Shown here: piece after piece, positions 48,460 to 58,922 of the stretch
Layout of the letters: the number at the start of each line of letters is the position of its first letter
Position numbering within the stretch: position 1 is the first letter of the stretch
Origin: Geopsychrobacteraceae bacterium
GTDB lineage: Bacteria; Desulfobacterota; Desulfuromonadia; Desulfuromonadales; Geopsychrobacteraceae
DNA length: 64,000 nucleotides
NCBI GenBank assembly: GCA_963662315.1
Contig: OY759353.1
Location: forward strand, 3,392,001 to 3,456,000
Reading direction: 5' to 3'
Made by a program: the position numbers and the translations under genes
The notes under the pieces: model-generated
What the model saw: the letters and a program-made list of their open reading frames with translations, nothing else
Told to the model about the DNA's origin: nothing
Databases searched by the model: none

Positions 48460-48735
48460 TTTCTGATCCGGAAACCGCCCTTTTCCACCATCTCCGCGTT
48501 CATGGTTGACTTCCTTGATCTGATGAAAAATTGCTGGTTTCCGAATCAGAAACGGGTTTCTGTCGTTATCTTGAAAGAGGCTGAGAACTGCCCTTTTTCA
48601 CCATCTCCAAACGGAAAATAAATGGGCACAACCTACTCTTTATTTTTCATGAAAACGAGTTTCTTGCTGTTATTCCCCGTGCTTTGAAGACTTTCCTGAG
48701 GGGCCGATAGGCCTCGGCCTGCCCCCCAGGCGTTA

Positions 48736-49623
48736 TTACATGGTGATGCGATGCTTATCGAGAATAGCTTTTATTTTTGCATCCAATTCCGGAGTTGAGA
48801 TCAGGGCCGGTTGGCGGCTGGCACCAACGCTGCTATCCATGAGATAGAGGGCGCGCTTGACCATGGCGGGTGGATAGCCGAGACCATAAAGATCAACGCG
48901 TAATTGGGTAAATGCCTCCTGATATTCCTGGGCCGCAGCCAGGTTGCCTTTGGCGAATTCGCTGCAAATGGCGTTGACTGTTGTTGGCATGACATTGCCA
49001 AGGCCTGAAATACACCCTTGCGCGCCGTTGGAAAGGGCGTAATAAATCAGGGAGTCCGGCCCGGAAAGGACATCAAAATCAGTGCGGCTGTTGGCGACTT
49101 CCAGATAGGCGTCGATTGATTCTTTGCTGCCGCCACTGTCTTTAATGCCGAGAATATTGGGATGATCAGCCAGTGTCGCTGCCGTTTCCGGTTCGATGTG
49201 ATTTTGGGTCCGGGCTGGGATATCGTAAAGGTAGACAGGCTTGTCGACACTGTCTGCCACTTTCGAAAAGTGCTTGATCAGGCCATCCTGAGTACAGCCG
49301 ATGAAGTACGGGGTAATGACCGCAAGCGCATCGACTCCGACAGCAACCAGTTCCTTGCTGAGGAGTACGGTTTCGTAGGTGGACGGTGTTCCGGCGTTGG
49401 CGAAAACCTTGACTTGGCCTCCCGCTTCTTCAACGACTTCTGCACAAACACGGATTTTTTCCTGAAATGTCAGGCTGGTAAAGTCACCATTGGTGCCGCA
49501 GACCAGCAGGTTATTACCTGCATGCACCTGGCGGCGGACCTGTTTGCGAACCGCGGCATAATCGATAGCTTCACTATCGTCAAAGCAGGTGACCAGGGCG
49601 ACAAAGGGCAGAACGTCTTTCAT
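48736..49623 (-). CDS. DHDPS/NAL-family class I aldolase
   Basis: GTNGD, ITPYF, YDIP, IKDSGG (Schiff-base Lys). Confidence 0.88.
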   Translation of the reverse strand: MKDVLPFVALVTCFDDSEAIDYAAVRKQVRRQVHAGNNLLVCGTNGDFTSLTFQEKIRVCAEVVEEAGGQVKVFANAGTPSTYETVLLSKELVAVGVDALAVITPYFIGCTQDGLIKHFSKVADSVDKPVYLYDIPARTQNHIEPETAATLADHPNILGIKDSGGSKESIDAYLEVANSRTDFDVLSGPDSLIYYALSNGAQGCISGLGNVMPTTVNAICSEFAKGNLAAAQEYQEAFTQLRVDLYGLGYPPAMVKRALYLMDSSVGASRQPALISTPELDAKIKAILDKHRITM

Positions 49624-49640
49624 GTAAACCTCCGGTAAAA

Positions 49641-50789
49641 TCAGAGAATCGTTTGGTAAATACTGCGGATATCCTCTCGGCTCATGCCCTTAGGATTGTT
49701 ATCCAGTAAGCGCTTCACCTGCAGGGCGGCAGTGACGATTGATTCAAGGTCTTCTGCCGGGACACCCAGGGCACTCATTTTCTCCGGTATGTCAAGTGCC
49801 CGGCTGAGATCATAAAGCGCCTCGACCAGTACATCGGCCTTCTGGTTATTGTCCAGGGTTGTGACATCTTTTCCGCTGAGATGAGCGATTGCGGCCAACT
49901 TGTCAATACAGCAATCCTTATTGAAGGCAAAAACCGGGGCGAGCAGAATAGCGTTGGAGATGCCATGGGGAATCCGATAGCGTCCCCCCAATGGGTAGGA
50001 CAGCGCATGTACGCCGTTAGTGCCAGACGCGGCAATGCAGGCACCGCCCAGAAATGCAGCAAACAGCAGGTCTGCACGAGCTTCAAGATCGCTACCGTCA
50101 GCGACACAACGTTTAAGGCTTTTGAAGATCAGGCGTGTTGCTTCGATGGCCATCATATCGCTGAGCAGATTCGCCTTGTTGCTAACATAACATTCCAAGG
50201 CATGGCACAAGGCATCCATGCCTGTAGCCGCAGTAATGCCGGCCGGTAAGCCAAGTAAAAGTTCGGGATCCAGAATAACCTTGTCTGGCATGAAAATATC
50301 GCAGACGATACCGACCTTAAGGTTCTGCGTCGGGCGAAAGACGATTGCGTTCGGAGTGCTTTCAGAACCGGTGCCCGCTGTTGTCGGGATCATGACCAGC
50401 TCGGCGTGTCTTTGGCTTGGCAATTGCCCAGCAAACATTTGCTCTAATGTCGATCCGGCACCGACCATGACAGATACCAGTTTCGCCGTATCCATAACAC
50501 TGCCTCCGCCGACCGCGAGGATAACATCGATGGAGAGGTCGCTGAGAGAGCTGACAACCAGATTGACTTCATCCTCGGTTGGCTCAGGCGGTACATTGGC
50601 AAACTCCTGAACCGAGAGGGCATCATTGACACACAGATCATAAACTTTTCCGGTGATGCCACATTGTTTGACGCCCTGATCACTGAGTAAAAGGACCGTT
50701 TTACCTTTAACAATATCGCAAAGACCTTGAATTTTTCCTGGGCCAAAATCGACCCGGGACGGTAACAGGCTTTTGAATTGGTTTATCAT
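49641..50789 (-). CDS. Iron-containing alcohol dehydrogenase
   Basis: GGGSVMD, PTTAGTGSE, DALCHALE, HALSY, PHG. Confidence 0.9.
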   Translation of the reverse strand: MINQFKSLLPSRVDFGPGKIQGLCDIVKGKTVLLLSDQGVKQCGITGKVYDLCVNDALSVQEFANVPPEPTEDEVNLVVSSLSDLSIDVILAVGGGSVMDTAKLVSVMVGAGSTLEQMFAGQLPSQRHAELVMIPTTAGTGSESTPNAIVFRPTQNLKVGIVCDIFMPDKVILDPELLLGLPAGITAATGMDALCHALECYVSNKANLLSDMMAIEATRLIFKSLKRCVADGSDLEARADLLFAAFLGGACIAASGTNGVHALSYPLGGRYRIPHGISNAILLAPVFAFNKDCCIDKLAAIAHLSGKDVTTLDNNQKADVLVEALYDLSRALDIPEKMSALGVPAEDLESIVTAALQVKRLLDNNPKGMSREDIRSIYQTIL

Positions 50790-51853
50790 TATTTATCTCC
50801 TGTCAGGCTTGATTTTTCCGTTATGCGCCCCTGAGCCAGCATGGCACCGTATTCGATGGCATTGATCATGCTCTGGGCACTGGCAACATTTTTTCCTGCG
50901 TTTTCGAAGGCGGTTCCGTGATCAACCGAGGCACGTACAATCGGCAGGCCAAGGGTGACATTGACGCCGGTCATTCCCGACCATTTTCCGGTTGTGTCAT
51001 CGTAAATAAAACTTTGCATTTTAAGCGGGATGTGTCCCTGGTCGTGATACATGGCGACGACCAGATCAAAGCCCCCACCGGCTGCTTTACAGAAAACAGT
51101 ATCCGGAGGATAAGGGCCCTGAGCATCAATTCCTTCCCCCTGCGCGGCTTCGATTGCCGGAGTGATGGCTGTTTGCTCTTCGGTGCCGAACAGGCCATTT
51201 TCACCGGCATGCGGGTTGAATCCGGCAACGCCAATGCGTGGTTTGGCAAGGCCTAATTGCTGACATGCATTGTGGCCGAGGCGGATGACATCAAGAACCC
51301 GCTCGATGGTGAGTTTTTCGCTGACTTTGACCAGGGGCATATGGGTTGTGACGTGAACAACGCGCAGGTTGCCATCCGCCAGCATCATCGAGTATTTATT
51401 GGTGCCAGTATATTTTGCATAGATTTCTGTATGACCGTCATAATGATGACCGGCCAGGTTCATCGCTTCTTTGTTGAGAGGGGCGGTAACGGTACCGTCC
51501 AGCTGACCATCCAGAGCAAGCTTGATGGCTGTTTCTACCGCACGGAAGGCTGCTTCACCGCACTTGGCGCTGAGTTTACCGTAAGCAAAATCACTTAAAT
51601 CGATGCCGGTCAGGGGGAGCACATCAATGATGCCCAGGAGACCACGAGCATCTTCTGGAGCATCGAGGATATTGATCTTCTGGTCACTTTTTACAATGTC
51701 TCTGACGGCCATTTCCATAATGGTGGGATCACCGACGACAATGGGTGAGCAGATGTCATAAATGTGCTGATCTAATAATGATTTGACGATGATTTCCGGA
51801 CCGATCCCGGCCGGATCGCCCATCGTGATACCGAGCAAAGGTTTTGTTCTCAT
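50789..51853 (-). CDS. pdxA: PdxA-family (PdxA2-like) 4-phospho-tetronate dehydrogenase
   Basis: MGDPAGIGPE, GHTE, NPHAGE, MYHDQG, SVDHGTA; catabolic context. Confidence 0.88.
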   Translation of the reverse strand: MRTKPLLGITMGDPAGIGPEIIVKSLLDQHIYDICSPIVVGDPTIMEMAVRDIVKSDQKINILDAPEDARGLLGIIDVLPLTGIDLSDFAYGKLSAKCGEAAFRAVETAIKLALDGQLDGTVTAPLNKEAMNLAGHHYDGHTEIYAKYTGTNKYSMMLADGNLRVVHVTTHMPLVKVSEKLTIERVLDVIRLGHNACQQLGLAKPRIGVAGFNPHAGENGLFGTEEQTAITPAIEAAQGEGIDAQGPYPPDTVFCKAAGGGFDLVVAMYHDQGHIPLKMQSFIYDDTTGKWSGMTGVNVTLGLPIVRASVDHGTAFENAGKNVASAQSMINAIEYGAMLAQGRITEKSSLTGDK

Positions 51854-51919
51854 ATTGATCTGCCAATCTTGTTGATAAGGTTTGAGATTACATAAGTTTT
51901 GTCGTTGCTATTCATCTTT

Positions 51920-51935
51920 AGCAACCACGGTGCCA
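51920..51935 (-). promoter_or_regulatory. sigma54 -24/-12 promoter of the pdxA-ADH-aldolase operon
   Basis: TGGCAC-CGTGG-TTGCT on the minus strand. Confidence 0.85.
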
Positions 51936-52020
51936 AAATAGTAAATGACTGATAATACAGTTGAAAATATGGTGAATGAGTAATCCCAGGGAACGAGAGA
52001 TAGATGTTTTGCATCAGGAC

Positions 52021-52037
52021 TGGTGAAATCTGCACCA
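52021..52037. promoter_or_regulatory. Putative enhancer (UAS) for the sigma54 activator
   Basis: TGGTG-N7-CACCA dyad, also at 60347. Confidence 0.6.
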
Positions 52038-52100
52038 ATGTGATTATAATTAAATCTCCTCTTACAGTGCGACAATCTTGGGTGTTGACCACATCAGAAA

Positions 52101-53999
52101 GTGGATATTGTTATGGATATTGCTTTTATCGCTCCTTATCAGATTATTCAGGATAAGGCCCGCAGTATTATTGCCACCAATGGCTACCCGGCTAAAAGTT
52201 ACCTGGGCAACTTGCAAGATGGTGTCGAGGTTGCTCGCCAGGCTATTGCTGAGGGGGCTCATATCATTATCAGTCGTGGAGGCACTGCCAGGCTTATTCG
52301 TGAGCAGCTGAACGTTGAAGTGATTGAGGTCAACGCTTCGTATTTGCAGTTGCTCTCTTATATTTTTGAAGAAACGAATTCAGGCAGTCGTATTGCGATT
52401 GTCGGGTTTCGTCCGTTTTTGAATCTGGCCCAGCCGGTTTGTGACATTTTAAAACGTGAACATCGTACCTTTGAAATTAAAGATATCAAGCGCATGGAAG
52501 AGGCCTTTGAAAAGGTTGTGGACTGGCAGCCTGACGTGGTTATTGGTGATGCTGTATCGGTGCTGATCGCTCAACAGTATTCCATTAATTACCATCTTAT
52601 TGAATCCAGCATGGAAACTCTTGAAGAAGCCTTTGAGCGTGGCATGCTGGTTCTTAATAACCTCAAGCGCCATATAGCCAGTGCCGAAAAACTGGCGGTG
52701 GTCCTTAACTATACCAAGGAAGGGGCTATGCTGGTTAACCGTGATGGATTTATCGAAGAAATCAATCAAAAAGCCTGTGCAGCATTGAGTCTGCCCAAAA
52801 TTGATATTATCAACCAGCCGTACACCACATTCTTCCAATCCCCTGAACTTTTCAGCGCGGCGAGTGCTTTGCGTACCGAAAAAAATATCATTATTTCTTT
52901 TGCCGGGAAAAGGTTTGCCGCGGACTATATTGTTATCAGCCCGGATAACGCAGAGAGTACAGCTGTTATCCGTTTTCAGCAGGTCGAAAAGATTCAGGAG
53001 GCTGGTAACCTGCTGCAGAAGAAACTTCGCGACAAAGGTTTTTACGCTAAATATACCTTCGATGATATTGTCCATAAGTGCCAGGAGATGAAGCAACTGA
53101 TCGAGGTTGCAAGACAATACAGTCTGTCGGGGAGTAATATCATGCTTCAGGGGGAAACCGGTACGGGAAAAGAATTATTCGCGCAGAGTATTCATAATGC
53201 CAGCCCTTTGCATGATGGTCCTTTTGTGGCGGTAAACTGCGCGGCCCTGACCGGTTCTTTGCTTGAAAGTGAACTGTTTGGTTATGCTCCGGGAGCGTTT
53301 ACGGGGGCGTTGCGCTCGGGCAAGACCGGGTTGTTCGAACTGGCTAACGGTGGCACCCTGTTCCTGGATGAGATTACTGAAATCGATATCTATCTGCAGT
53401 CTAAATTGCTGAGGGCACTGCAGTCGCATGAGATCATGCGCATCGGTGATAATAAAATCATCCCGATCAATGTCAGGGTCATTTCCGCCACGAACAAAGG
53501 ACCTCTGGCCGAAGTTAACACCGGGCGTTTCCGAGCTGACCTGTTTTATCGACTGAACGTTCTTGACCTGAAAATTCCTTCACTGCAGGAGCGCCGGGAA
53601 GATATTCTCTTTTTGTTCAATTCCTATTTGCAGAAAACTGCCGCAAGCGGTTCCGCTATCGGTCCACTAATGCCATCGAGGAAATTCCAGGATGCCCTGG
53701 AACGCTATGCCTGGCCTGGTAATGTCCGTGAACTTGAAAATATGGTTGAAAAGTATATGGCTCTGCAAGGCGTTCTGGATACCCAAGTCGCGGAGCAAAT
53801 GATATTGAAATCCCTGGAGGATTCTTCTTCCGCGGAGACTGTTGAACTGAGGCGGGGAAGTCTTGATGAAATCATTAAAGCCGCAGTGATACAGGCTTAT
53901 CACAGTGAGGGGGACAATATCAGTAAAACCGCAGAGCGCTTGAAGGTAGATCGCAACACGGTAAAGCGCTGGATGAAAAAAACTCACAATCAGAACTGA
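52101..53999 (+). CDS. PrpR-like sigma54-dependent activator (PrpR_N, PAS, AAA+, HTH)
   Basis: IISRGGTA, GETGTGKE, ESELFG..GAFTGA, WPGNVREL; start may be ATG 52113. Confidence 0.92.
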   Translation: MDIVMDIAFIAPYQIIQDKARSIIATNGYPAKSYLGNLQDGVEVARQAIAEGAHIIISRGGTARLIREQLNVEVIEVNASYLQLLSYIFEETNSGSRIAIVGFRPFLNLAQPVCDILKREHRTFEIKDIKRMEEAFEKVVDWQPDVVIGDAVSVLIAQQYSINYHLIESSMETLEEAFERGMLVLNNLKRHIASAEKLAVVLNYTKEGAMLVNRDGFIEEINQKACAALSLPKIDIINQPYTTFFQSPELFSAASALRTEKNIIISFAGKRFAADYIVISPDNAESTAVIRFQQVEKIQEAGNLLQKKLRDKGFYAKYTFDDIVHKCQEMKQLIEVARQYSLSGSNIMLQGETGTGKELFAQSIHNASPLHDGPFVAVNCAALTGSLLESELFGYAPGAFTGALRSGKTGLFELANGGTLFLDEITEIDIYLQSKLLRALQSHEIMRIGDNKIIPINVRVISATNKGPLAEVNTGRFRADLFYRLNVLDLKIPSLQERREDILFLFNSYLQKTAASGSAIGPLMPSRKFQDALERYAWPGNVRELENMVEKYMALQGVLDTQVAEQMILKSLEDSSSAETVELRRGSLDEIIKAAVIQAYHSEGDNISKTAERLKVDRNTVKRWMKKTHNQN

Positions 54000-54001
54000 A
54001 G

Positions 54002-54029
54002 ATCCCGGCAGCGAAGGTGCTGCCGGGAT
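54002..54029. terminator. Hairpin between convergent genes
   Basis: ATCCCGGCAGC-GAAGGT-GCTGCCGGGAT. Confidence 0.6.
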
Positions 54030-54081
54030 TGCTCGCTGGTTGTTGGCTTATGATCTGACTTGTGGATTTTAGCTCGCATTC

Positions 54082-55164
54082 TTATGCTGACAGGGTGACA
54101 TGCTTTATGTAATCGCGCAGATAGGAGTAGCTGATCTGCAGATTGCCATCCATGGTTTCAATAATCGACGGGTAAGAGTAGTCCCCGATAAAAGCGCCCT
54201 TCTCGTCGTGCGCTGAACGCAGGGTTGCATCATCTTCGATGACGATTTCCCGTTGCCAGGTCAAGCCCATGTCTTCAGAGCTGGCGATCACCAACGGGTT
54301 GCGTGGCACTCCCCATATCGCACATTTGCTGGTGAGTTCTCCGCACTTCTCAAGAAACTCTTTCTTGTCCTGAATCCAGGGGGGAATAGAACTTTCGCCG
54401 TCTCTGCCGGTGGACTGAATGTCATTGTAAATGATAACAATACGCCCGTCGCGCAGCAATCTGGCCTGAATGGAGGAATTGTTGTTGGGCAGGTTGGTCG
54501 GTTCAGGTTTACTCCAGGTCAAGCCGTTGTCGGTTGAAACACTGCGGAAAATATAGTCGGCCTGGCGGCGGCGGTAGAAAGCAACCCGACAATTGCCCAG
54601 GATGTTCATATGCACGCAACCAATGCTGTCGGGGATTTCTGTACTGTTCCAACTGATTCCATTGTCTGAGGAAATCAGCACCAGGCTGTTGTCATTGCCA
54701 AAGGCTTCTTTGATGTTGCTGTGCCAGATAGGCAACAGAATTTCGCCTGCGGGATTAATTACCGGGGCATGGCGTATGAACGTTCCGATATCAGGGACAA
54801 GCTCTTTGGCCTCGGTCCAGTTTCGACCGTTATCGTAGGATTTCCTGATCCGGACCAAGGCGGTGCCTTGGTCGGTTTTCAGTTGTGCCGTATACAGCAG
54901 CCACAGCTCTGCCGGCGTCTTTTGAAACAACACCGGGTTTTGTTCTGAGCGTGCCGTGTCGGCGGACATTTTCTGTGCCTCGGACCAGATTCCGGTGTTG
55001 CTGTCCATTCGGGAAAGATAGATGCAGACGTCGGCCGTGCCTTCCATGCTGCCCCCGAACCAAGTACAGAGCAAGTCGCCATTGTCTAGCTGCAGCAGAT
55101 TGGAGGCATGATTACTGCTGCAGGGGGTTGGAATCCGTTTCTCTTCAATTATTCTCATTGCCAA
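54082..55164 (-). CDS. Sialidase-like BNR/Asp-box beta-propeller protein, cytoplasmic
   Basis: Asp boxes SYDNGRNW, SSDNGISW, STDNGLTW, SEDMGLTW; YSYPS. Confidence 0.8.
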   Translation of the reverse strand: MAMRIIEEKRIPTPCSSNHASNLLQLDNGDLLCTWFGGSMEGTADVCIYLSRMDSNTGIWSEAQKMSADTARSEQNPVLFQKTPAELWLLYTAQLKTDQGTALVRIRKSYDNGRNWTEAKELVPDIGTFIRHAPVINPAGEILLPIWHSNIKEAFGNDNSLVLISSDNGISWNSTEIPDSIGCVHMNILGNCRVAFYRRRQADYIFRSVSTDNGLTWSKPEPTNLPNNNSSIQARLLRDGRIVIIYNDIQSTGRDGESSIPPWIQDKKEFLEKCGELTSKCAIWGVPRNPLVIASSEDMGLTWQREIVIEDDATLRSAHDEKGAFIGDYSYPSIIETMDGNLQISYSYLRDYIKHVTLSA

Positions 55165-55180
55165 TACTCCCCGTCATCTG

Positions 55181-55933
55181 TCAATCCATGAAGGAGCCGC
55201 CATTGATATTAATGGCTTCTCCGGTAATAAAATCTGATTGGGCGCTGCTCAGGTACAGCGCAGCGTAGGCGACATCTTCCGGCTTACCCAGGCGGCCGAG
55301 GGGAATTTTCTGCAGAACCTTCTGGCGGTAATCCTCATCCCAGCTGTCAACCATTTCTGTTGCTATTGGGCCAGGGCAGATGGCATTGACATTAATGTTA
55401 TGCGGTGCGTACTCAAGGGCCAGATGCCTGGTCAGGTAAAGACCGCCGGCCTTCGAAACCCCATATTCAATCGAGGCATTGGCATGCGGCTTTTTGGCGG
55501 CGCTGGACAGAATATTGACAATTTTGCCGTACCCTTGTTTGACCATGACTTCAAGGACATGCTTGCAGGCATAAGTCAGACCGTCCAGGTTGATAGCAAG
55601 GGTCCGACGCCATTCCTCTTCATTGAAATCGGCAAACTTCCGGCGGTTGAGTACCCCGGAGTTGTTAATCAGAGCATCGATTCGACCAAAATTATCCAGT
55701 GCCATGGTTGTCAATTGGCGACTGGTCTGCTCATGTGAGATGTCGCCAGTCAGCGCGATACAGTTGACGCCAGTTTGGGCCAGCATGGCGGCATTCTGGT
55801 TGATTAATTCGCCATTGGTGCCATTAATAACCAGATTGGCACCTTGCTCTGCGAACATGGTGGCGATAGCCAGGCCGATACCACGGGTTGCCCCGGTAAT
55901 TATGGCGGTTTTTCCTTTAAGCAATTGCATCAT
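55181..55933 (-). CDS. SDR family oxidoreductase
   Basis: TGATRGIG, NNSG, YGVSK. Confidence 0.9.
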   Translation of the reverse strand: MMQLLKGKTAIITGATRGIGLAIATMFAEQGANLVINGTNGELINQNAAMLAQTGVNCIALTGDISHEQTSRQLTTMALDNFGRIDALINNSGVLNRRKFADFNEEEWRRTLAINLDGLTYACKHVLEVMVKQGYGKIVNILSSAAKKPHANASIEYGVSKAGGLYLTRHLALEYAPHNINVNAICPGPIATEMVDSWDEDYRQKVLQKIPLGRLGKPEDVAYAALYLSSAQSDFITGEAININGGSFMD

Positions 55934-55949
55934 GTCAGTCCTTATTAAT

Positions 55950-57251
55950 TTACCCGAGGAAAATATTAGGCAGAATTAGAATAATATCCTGGAAATAGAT
56001 CATCAGAACCAGCATCAGCACATAAACACCGACAAACAGGCAAATGTGACGCATCATCTTGACCACCGATGTTTGCGCTATCTTGGCTGCCATCAGTGTG
56101 GAGAGCCCGTATGGTGGTGTAACGGTGCCAACACGGATCGCCATAACGGTGATGATTCCGGCGACTGTCGGGTTAATCTGCAGCATGTTCATGACCGGCA
56201 TCAACAGGGGAACAAAAATCAGCATTGCGGAAGCAGGTTCCATGAAGGTGCCGATGAGTAAATAAATCAGAGTGACGATGATCAGAAACACCGGGGCCGA
56301 CAGGTCTGCGCCTTTTACGGCGTTGATGATCGGAATCATGACCTTGTAATAAGTCAGTATCCAGGAAAAGAAGGACGCTACGGCGATGAGGATGAAAATG
56401 GTGGCCGATTCGATAACCGATTTTTTGGTCACTTCGTAGTATTGTTTGAAGTCTCTCTTCTTTTTGAAGATGATATTGACCAGCAGGATGTAAATTACCG
56501 AAATACCCGCCGCTTCGGTTGGGGTGAAAACGCCGCTTAGGATGCCACCGATAATCACCAGGAAGATCGACATGGGGAAAAAGCCTTTTTTAAGGGCGGT
56601 CAGGATAGACAGCTCCTCAATGGGCTCATCACCAATCATTTCACCGGAACTTTGGCCAATGTTGTTTTTGACCGCATAGAAATAGGAGTAAACCATCTGC
56701 GACAGGCCGATAACGACGCCTGGAATAATGCCGCCGATAAATAAGGCTGCAATGGATGTCTGGGCTATTGAGCCGTAAACGATCATCAGAATGCTGGGCG
56801 GTATAATGGAACCGATGGTGGCGGAAGCTGAGGTCAGGGTTGCACTGAATTCAGCACTGTAGCCTTTCCTTTTCATCGCGGGAATGATTATTGATCCCAA
56901 AGATGCAACATCCGCGACGGATGACCCTGAGATGCCGGCAAAAAAGATACTGGTCATAACATTGATGTGGGCCAGGTCGCCACGCAATTTGCCGATAAAG
57001 GCGCGTGACATATAGATCAGGTCGTCGGCAACATCACTGAGCTGCAACAGCTTGCCGCAGAATATGAACAGTGGGATAGCGAGCAGGGTAAAACTGCGGA
57101 ACTGCTGCAGGACAATTGACGCCATCTGATTTAGGTGAACGTGAGAGTCAAACAGCAGTGGAATGCCGGATGCCAACACCAGGCTGAATACGACCGGTAC
57201 GCCAAAAACCAATAAGCCGAGAAATATTGTTAAAATGCCCGCCAGAATCAT
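55950..57251 (-). CDS. dctM: TRAP transporter large permease
   Basis: LLAIPLF, GISGSSVAD, IIPPSI, FTPTEAA, TPPYG. Confidence 0.92.
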   Translation of the reverse strand: MILAGILTIFLGLLVFGVPVVFSLVLASGIPLLFDSHVHLNQMASIVLQQFRSFTLLAIPLFIFCGKLLQLSDVADDLIYMSRAFIGKLRGDLAHINVMTSIFFAGISGSSVADVASLGSIIIPAMKRKGYSAEFSATLTSASATIGSIIPPSILMIVYGSIAQTSIAALFIGGIIPGVVIGLSQMVYSYFYAVKNNIGQSSGEMIGDEPIEELSILTALKKGFFPMSIFLVIIGGILSGVFTPTEAAGISVIYILLVNIIFKKKRDFKQYYEVTKKSVIESATIFILIAVASFFSWILTYYKVMIPIINAVKGADLSAPVFLIIVTLIYLLIGTFMEPASAMLIFVPLLMPVMNMLQINPTVAGIITVMAIRVGTVTPPYGLSTLMAAKIAQTSVVKMMRHICLFVGVYVLMLVLMIYFQDIILILPNIFLG

Positions 57252-57757
57252 TTGGAGCCCCCATTTCCCTGCATGTTTTTAATCTGTGTAAAAGTTTTAA
57301 AGACGTTAATTGCCTGATAAATGAACATGGTAATAGCGCCAAACAAAAAGGCAGAATTGAAATAAACCAGAGTGATCCGGTGGTCAAGAAAGCGGATCGG
57401 AGTCAGCTCTGTACGGGAGAATCCGGCCAGGAAAGACTTATATCCGACGGCCAGCAGCAGAATAATGGCCAGGAGCACCACCACGTCAATCAGAAACGCC
57501 CGAATGGCATTGGATCTTTCTGAAAGATAGGGTCCCAGAATATCAATATCCAGATGCTCTTTATTTTTGAGCGCAATACCAGAGCCAAGCATAATGAGCC
57601 ACACCAGGGAAAAGTTCTGCACGATATTGACTTCGGGTAAAGGAAACCCGAAGACATACCTGGCGACAACGGCGACGAAAATGGTGAACGAGAGCAAGAA
57701 CTGGAAGATACACAGGACAATGTACAGGGTACTCTCAAGTCTATCGATGGCTTTCAT
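57248..57757 (-). CDS. dctQ: TRAP transporter small permease
   Basis: 4 TM, VVARYVF, HLDID; lies between dctP and dctM. Confidence 0.85.
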   Translation of the reverse strand: MKAIDRLESTLYIVLCIFQFLLSFTIFVAVVARYVFGFPLPEVNIVQNFSLVWLIMLGSGIALKNKEHLDIDILGPYLSERSNAIRAFLIDVVVLLAIILLLAVGYKSFLAGFSRTELTPIRFLDHRITLVYFNSAFLFGAITMFIYQAINVFKTFTQIKNMQGNGGSK

Positions 57758-57827
57758 GGAACCTCTCCCTGAAGCGACCGGCACCAGCTTCACCTGGGGG
57801 CGAAACTGGTGCCGGATTGTCGTTTAA

Positions 57828-58802
57828 CTATTCAAAAATACTGTTGATTTCTTTAGTGACGCCAAATTTTTTCGCCAGATCGTCGATCTGGGTACGTGAC
57901 GCTTTGATAAAGGGGGTTTTGTCAGGATCGGTTACCTGAATACCAAAGTCTTTCTGCAGGCTCTTGATCTTTTCATCACTCAGGGCAAATGCCTTTTCTA
58001 GGTACATTGGCTGAATTTTTTTGGCGGCTTTGGTAAACAGGGCCTGAACATCGCCACCCAAGGCATCGTATTTCGCTTTGTTCATAACAATGAAGCCAAG
58101 GGAAATGTTGTGCTGAGTTCTGGCAATGTATTTGTTTACTTCGGCAAGACGCATGGTGATCATGGCGTCAAGGCTATTTTGTGATCCGCGGACAACACCA
58201 GTTTGAACGGCGGTATAAATTTCTTTAAAGGCAACGGGAACCGGATTGGCGCCGATCGAATGCCACCAGTCCATATTGGTTGACGTTGACTTACTTCTCA
58301 TGTTTTTGCCTTTAAGATCGTCGATGCTGTTGATCGCAAAGGTGCTGATGATATCACGCTCAAGGCCGCCGGCAACCATCAGGACCACAACACCCGGATC
58401 TTTCAGGAGTTTGTTTTTAAAGAAATCAAGCTTGTGCTCATCATTAACGACAGACAAAAAGTGCTCTTTGCTTTTGAACAGGTAGTTACCTTCAAGAATG
58501 TCGAATTCCGGATGTCTTTCCGCAAACCAGCCCGGATCGGAATAGATGATATCAATGCTGCCATCGACAACAGACTGATACAGGGTTGACGCATCACCAA
58601 GCTGTCCGCCGGGGAAAAAGTCGACTGCGACCTTGCCGTTGCTGATATTGTTGACTTCTTCGGTATAGGCCTGAAGAACTTCAGCGAGCAGTGATCCGTC
58701 AGGATTGATTGTGGCAGCAACCAGTTTAACCTTGTCACTCGCATAAGCAGACATGGTTGTCAGGATCAGGAGACTTAAAATACCTATGAGAATTTTTTTC
58801 AT
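57828..58802 (-). CDS. dctP: TRAP transporter substrate-binding protein
   Basis: Signal peptide, FPGGQLG, DLKGKNMR, GANPVPVAFKEIYTAVQTG. Confidence 0.9.
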   Translation of the reverse strand: MKKILIGILSLLILTTMSAYASDKVKLVAATINPDGSLLAEVLQAYTEEVNNISNGKVAVDFFPGGQLGDASTLYQSVVDGSIDIIYSDPGWFAERHPEFDILEGNYLFKSKEHFLSVVNDEHKLDFFKNKLLKDPGVVVLMVAGGLERDIISTFAINSIDDLKGKNMRSKSTSTNMDWWHSIGANPVPVAFKEIYTAVQTGVVRGSQNSLDAMITMRLAEVNKYIARTQHNISLGFIVMNKAKYDALGGDVQALFTKAAKKIQPMYLEKAFALSDEKIKSLQKDFGIQVTDPDKTPFIKASRTQIDDLAKKFGVTKEINSIFE

Positions 58803-58922
58803 CGTTTCACTCCTTTGTGTTCCAGTTGTTGATTGGGTCTAATCAAATTTTCAGCGTGTCAGAAGACGTCATTCAATTGCGGGTTTGTTCTCCAGTTGCT
58901 TGCCTCCTCCTTCGTGTAAGAT

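Noticed and set aside
48736..51853. Housekeeping dapA (lysine) and pdxA (vitamin B6) biosynthesis genes
   Set aside because: Aldolase has GTNGD/YDIP rather than the DapA GTTGE/YNVP motifs; the context with DUF1537 kinase and TRAP points to catabolism
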